Shown here in pieces: positions 56,404-59,440 of a DNA stretch of 59,440 bases; positions within the stretch are counted from its first letter, which is position 1; every line of letters starts with the position of its first letter. Under the pieces are notes generated by a model that saw only the letters and a program-made list of their open reading frames with translations, had not been told where the DNA came from and made no database searches. The translations under genes and the position numbers were made by a program. The DNA is from Eubacteriales bacterium (GTDB lineage Bacteria; Bacillota; Clostridia; Oscillospirales; CAG-272). The stretch covers positions 1 to 59,440 of the forward strand of contig JAZQWA010000087.1 of the NCBI GenBank assembly GCA_045632065.1, read 5' to 3'.

Positions 56404-56545
56404 ACGCAGCCCATCGGAGCATTAAGCTCCGTTATCGGCGTCAGTGACGTCGATGTTAAGGAAATCGCGGTGAAAATCCGCGGCAACAGCCATTACCGTA
56501 ACTCTGCCACGAGCAGTCAAGTCGGAATGCTTATCGAGCTGTGAG
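56404..56545 (+). ncRNA. Cobalamin riboswitch
   Basis: TTAAGGAAAT-CGCGG-TGAAAAT-CCGCG-GCAACAGCCATTACCGTA core and AAGTCGGAATGC B12-box-like end; GAGCATT/AATGCTT closing helix; upstream of DUF4430 and CbrT-like genes. Confidence 0.85.
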
Positions 56546-56620
56546 TCGTAAAGGTCTCTTGGGCAAAATGAGGAGTCTTTAGCGAAAAAAGAGCAAGCCA
56601 CCACTCTCATTTTTTTAGCT

Positions 56621-56652
56621 AAAAGCGCCTCGTTGGAGAGCGCTTTTGCTTT
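56621..56652 (+). terminator. Probable expression-platform terminator of the cobalamin riboswitch
   Basis: AAAAGCGC...GCGCTTTT stem followed by T-rich sequence, upstream of ATG 56687. Confidence 0.6.
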
Positions 56653-56686
56653 ATCCTTTTTTATATATAAATGAAAGGATGAAAAA

Positions 56687-57148
56687 ATGAAAAAAATCGC
56701 ATTATCACTTTTAACCGTCGTTTTAGCGGCGTCGCTTATCTTTGGACTGTGCTCCTGCAATCAGCCCGAAGCGCCCGAAGGCTCAGCCGAGGGCTCTGCA
56801 ATAAACCGCGTTGGACTTTGGGCTGACGCAGATTACGTTGAGGACACTACCTTCGGTAGTGGCGCAAAAACCGTTGTGGTTGAGGTAAAGGTTGGAGAGG
56901 AATCGGTAACCTTTACTATTAAAACTGACAAGACTATACTTGGCGAGGCTCTCATAGAGCACAATCTTATCGCAGGAGAGGAAGGCCCCTACGGCTTGTA
57001 TATAAAGCAGGTTAACGGTATTACCGCTGATTATGACATCGACCAGAGCTATTGGGGCTTCTATAAAAACGGTGAATATATGATGAGTGGCGTTGATACC
57101 ACCGAAATTTCAGATGGGGAGCATTACGAGCTTGTCTATTCAAAATAA
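56687..57148 (+). CDS. DUF4430 (transcobalamin-like C-terminal domain) lipoprotein, probable cobalamin-binding protein
   Basis: Lipobox GLCSC; GPYGLYIKQVNG, YWGFYKNGE, GVD....DG; under a cobalamin riboswitch. Confidence 0.83.
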   Translation: MKKIALSLLTVVLAASLIFGLCSCNQPEAPEGSAEGSAINRVGLWADADYVEDTTFGSGAKTVVVEVKVGEESVTFTIKTDKTILGEALIEHNLIAGEEGPYGLYIKQVNGITADYDIDQSYWGFYKNGEYMMSGVDTTEISDGEHYELVYSK

Positions 57149-57161
57149 GGAAGAGGGAAGA

Positions 57162-57695
57162 GTAAAGAAAATCCGTTCAAATCAGGTGTTTGAAACCTGC
57201 ATTTTCGCAATGCTTGCGTCAATTATGCTTTGCTCCAAGCTGATTATGGAGGCTCTGCCCAACATTCATCTGCTTGGCGCCCTTACCATGGTGTATACTT
57301 TGGTATTTCGCAAGAAGGCTTTGATACCGATTTACTTGTACGTCTTTTTGAACGGAGTCGTCGCGGGATTTAATTTATGGTGGTTTCCATATCTTTATAT
57401 ATGGACTATTCTTTGGGGCGTTACTATGCTTCTGCCTAAAAATATGCCTCGGAAAGTTAAGATGATAGTATATCCTGCGGTTTGCTGTATGCACGGCTTG
57501 CTTTATGGCATACTCTATTCGCCTGCTCAGGCGCTGATGTTTAAATTTACCTTAAAGCAGACTCTGGTATGGATTGCCGCAGGCTTTCCATTTGATTTGC
57601 TTCACGCCTTCGGCAATCTCTTGGCAGGACTGTTGATAGTACCGCTGAGTGAACTTTTAAAAAAACTTTTGAAACAGATTTACACAGGAAAATGA
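57162..57695 (+). CDS. cbrT: ECF transporter S component, CbrT-like cobalamin transporter (start codon uncertain)
   Basis: LPNIH, IYLYV, WWFPY..W, GLLYG, AGFPFD..HAFGN. The in-frame codon after the GAGGG SD is GTA (57162); GTG 57186 and ATG 57210 are alternatives. Confidence 0.75.
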   Translation, partial: VKKIRSNQVFETCIFAMLASIMLCSKLIMEALPNIHLLGALTMVYTLVFRKKALIPIYLYVFLNGVVAGFNLWWFPYLYIWTILWGVTMLLPKNMPRKVKMIVYPAVCCMHGLLYGILYSPAQALMFKFTLKQTLVWIAAGFPFDLLHAFGNLLAGLLIVPLSELLKKLLKQIYTGK

Positions 57696-57727
57696 CCGTT
57701 TGAGAAAAACAGTTAAGGAGAAAAAAT

Positions 57728-58949
57728 ATGAAGCTTAATAATGTTGACTTTGAAACCTACTTTAAAAATTATCCCGATCCTGCTGGATTCTTCGGCAAAT
57801 ACGGCGGCTCGTATATTGAGCCCGAGCTCCAGGTGGCTATGAAGGAGATTGCCGATGCCTATTTTACTATCTGTAAATCATCGAGATTTATTTCCGAGCT
57901 TCGCAGAATAAGAAGGGAATTCTAGGGCAGACCTACGCCTATATCCTACCTTGAGCGCCTTTCCAACAGCATTGGCACAGGTGTGCAGCTTTACGTAAAG
58001 CGTGAGGATTTGAACCATACGGGAGCGCATAAGCTTAATCACTGTATGGGCGAGGCGCTTCTTGCAAAGTATATGGGCAAGAAGAAGGTTATTGCCGAAA
58101 CAGGAGCGGGTCAGCACGGTGTTGCTCTTGCGACGGCTGCGGCTTATTTCGGACTTGAATGTGATATTTATATGGGTGCAGTCGACATTAAAAAGCAGGC
58201 TCCTAACGTTGCCAGAATGAAGATTCTTGGCGCAAGAGTTATCGAGGTTACCGAGGGACTTGCAACCTTGAAGGAAGCAGTTGATGCGGCATTCAAGGCG
58301 TATTGCAACGAGTACAAGGATGCAATTTACTGCATAGGCTCGGTAGTTGGCCCCCATCCTTTTCCTATGATGGTTCGTGATTTCCAGAGCGTTGTGGGTA
58401 TTGAAGCGAGAGAACAGTTCCTTTCTATGACAGGTGAGCTTCCCGACGCGGTAGTTGCATGCGTTGGCGGCGGATCAAACGCTATGGGTATGTTCTCGGG
58501 ATTCCTTAACGATCCCGTTGATATTTACGGCATCGAGCCCCTCGGCAGAGGTACGAAAATGGGCGACCACGCAGCCAGCCTCCAATACGGAGAGGAGGGC
58601 ATTATGCACGGCTTCAACAGCGTTATGCTGAAGGACGAAAACGGCGAGCCTGCTCCTGTTTATTCGGTTGCCAGCGGTCTTGACTATCCCTCCAGTGGCC
58701 CTGAGCACGCATTCCTTCGTGACCTCGGCAGAGTAAAGTACGACGTGATAAACGACGATGATACAATAGATGCATTCTACACACTTTCTCGTCTTGAAGG
58801 AATTATTCCTGCAATCGAGAGTGCCCACGCAGTTGCCTACGGGCATGAAGCTGGCAAAAAATATGGGCAAGGGCTCAATCCTTATTTGCCTCTCGGGTAG
58901 GGGAGACAAGGATATGGATTATATAATCGAAAAATACGGTATAAGATAA
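57728..58949 (+). pseudogene. trpB: Tryptophan synthase beta subunit, interrupted by an in-frame TAG (57923-57925) and a +1 frameshift (58841-58843); pseudogene or sequence error
   Basis: [64 protein letters not shown]. Removing one G restores [27 protein letters not shown]...IR* ending at 58949. Confidence 0.9.
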
Positions 58950-58958
58950 TTACAGATG

Positions 58959-58985
58959 AAGGCTGGCCTTGTGTCAGCCTTTTTT
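58959..58985 (+). terminator. Intrinsic terminator after trpB
   Basis: AAGGCTGGC...GTCAGCCTT followed by a T tract, just after the restored stop at 58949. Confidence 0.8.
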
Positions 58986-59058
58986 GTGACAAAATCACGG
59001 AAATATTATCAGTATTAGGTTATAATATGAATAGAAAAGAAAAAAAGGAGTCAAAACG

Positions 59059-59440
59059 ATGACTGCAAATAACATAGACCACATTTACGATATGATAATA
59101 ATCGGTGGAGGACCGGCAGGCTACACCGCAGCATTATACGCAGCACGCGCAGGGCTTGCCGTTGTTCTTTTTGAGAAGATGGCGCCTGGTGGACAAATGG
59201 CGCTTACAGGTGAAATCGATAATTATCCCGGCTTTGACGAAGGAATTGACGGCTTCACACTTGGTATGAAAATGCAACAGGGCGCAGAGCGATTTGGAGC
59301 TAAAACTATATATTCTGCCGTGGAAAATGTCCATGTTTCTGATAAAATCAAGAAAATCGAAACGGACAGTGGCGAGTATTTCGCAAAAACTATCGTAATT
59401 TCCACAGGCGCAAGTCCTCGTGAACTCGGCATCGACGGTG
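59059..59440 (+). CDS. trxB: Thioredoxin-disulfide reductase, 5' part, runs off the window
   Basis: Not in the ORF track. AAGGAG then ATG 59059: MTANNIDHIYDMIIIGGGPAGYTAALYAARAGL...GGQM...IDNYPGF...ISTGA. Confidence 0.9.
   Translation, partial: MTANNIDHIYDMIIIGGGPAGYTAALYAARAGLAVVLFEKMAPGGQMALTGEIDNYPGFDEGIDGFTLGMKMQQGAERFGAKTIYSAVENVHVSDKIKKIETDSGEYFAKTIVISTGASPRELGIDG

Noticed and set aside
57923..57925. TAG reassignment (Gln or pyrrolysine) in trpB
   Set aside because: TAG is a normal stop elsewhere in the window (genes ending at 11603, 34085, 47574, 51658), no pyl genes are seen, and the same gene has an independent frameshift.

Overview
Core chromosomal segment of a Clostridia-like (Bacillota) bacterium, judged from gene content, GGAGG ribosome-binding sites and sigmaA-type promoters. 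I saw no rRNA, tRNA, CRISPR array, prophage or transposase. In order: 5' end of a ROK-family kinase; iscS-iscU-mnmA; a 14-kb seven-gene operon encoding an unusual carbohydrate-uptake apparatus (1200-aa solute-binding protein, two pairs of CUT1 ABC permeases, an NHL/TPR/Yip1 fusion and a DUF5696-like protein, with no ATPase, hydrolase or regulator); an AbrB-family gene behind a structured ~210-nt leader; a nine-gene shikimate/Phe/Tyr operon; FAD oxidoreductase, class 3 FBPase, queT with a preQ1-I riboswitch, mecA, rpiB-tsaB-tsaE-methyltransferase-plsY, queG, DUF3810, murA, pdxK and yajC; a DUF4011/SF1 helicase/nuclease (Hhe-like); cysE; secA with two related unknown membrane proteins; trmL, M50 peptidase, LMW-PTP, glnA, TraX-like and GtrA genes; a cobalamin riboswitch with a DUF4430 lipoprotein and a CbrT-like ECF S component; a disrupted stand-alone trpB; and the 5' part of trxB. 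The best candidates for novelty are the transport cluster, the structured leader/uORF before the AbrB gene, and a three-copy covarying hairpin element. All family assignments come from recognising motifs by eye, not from database searches.
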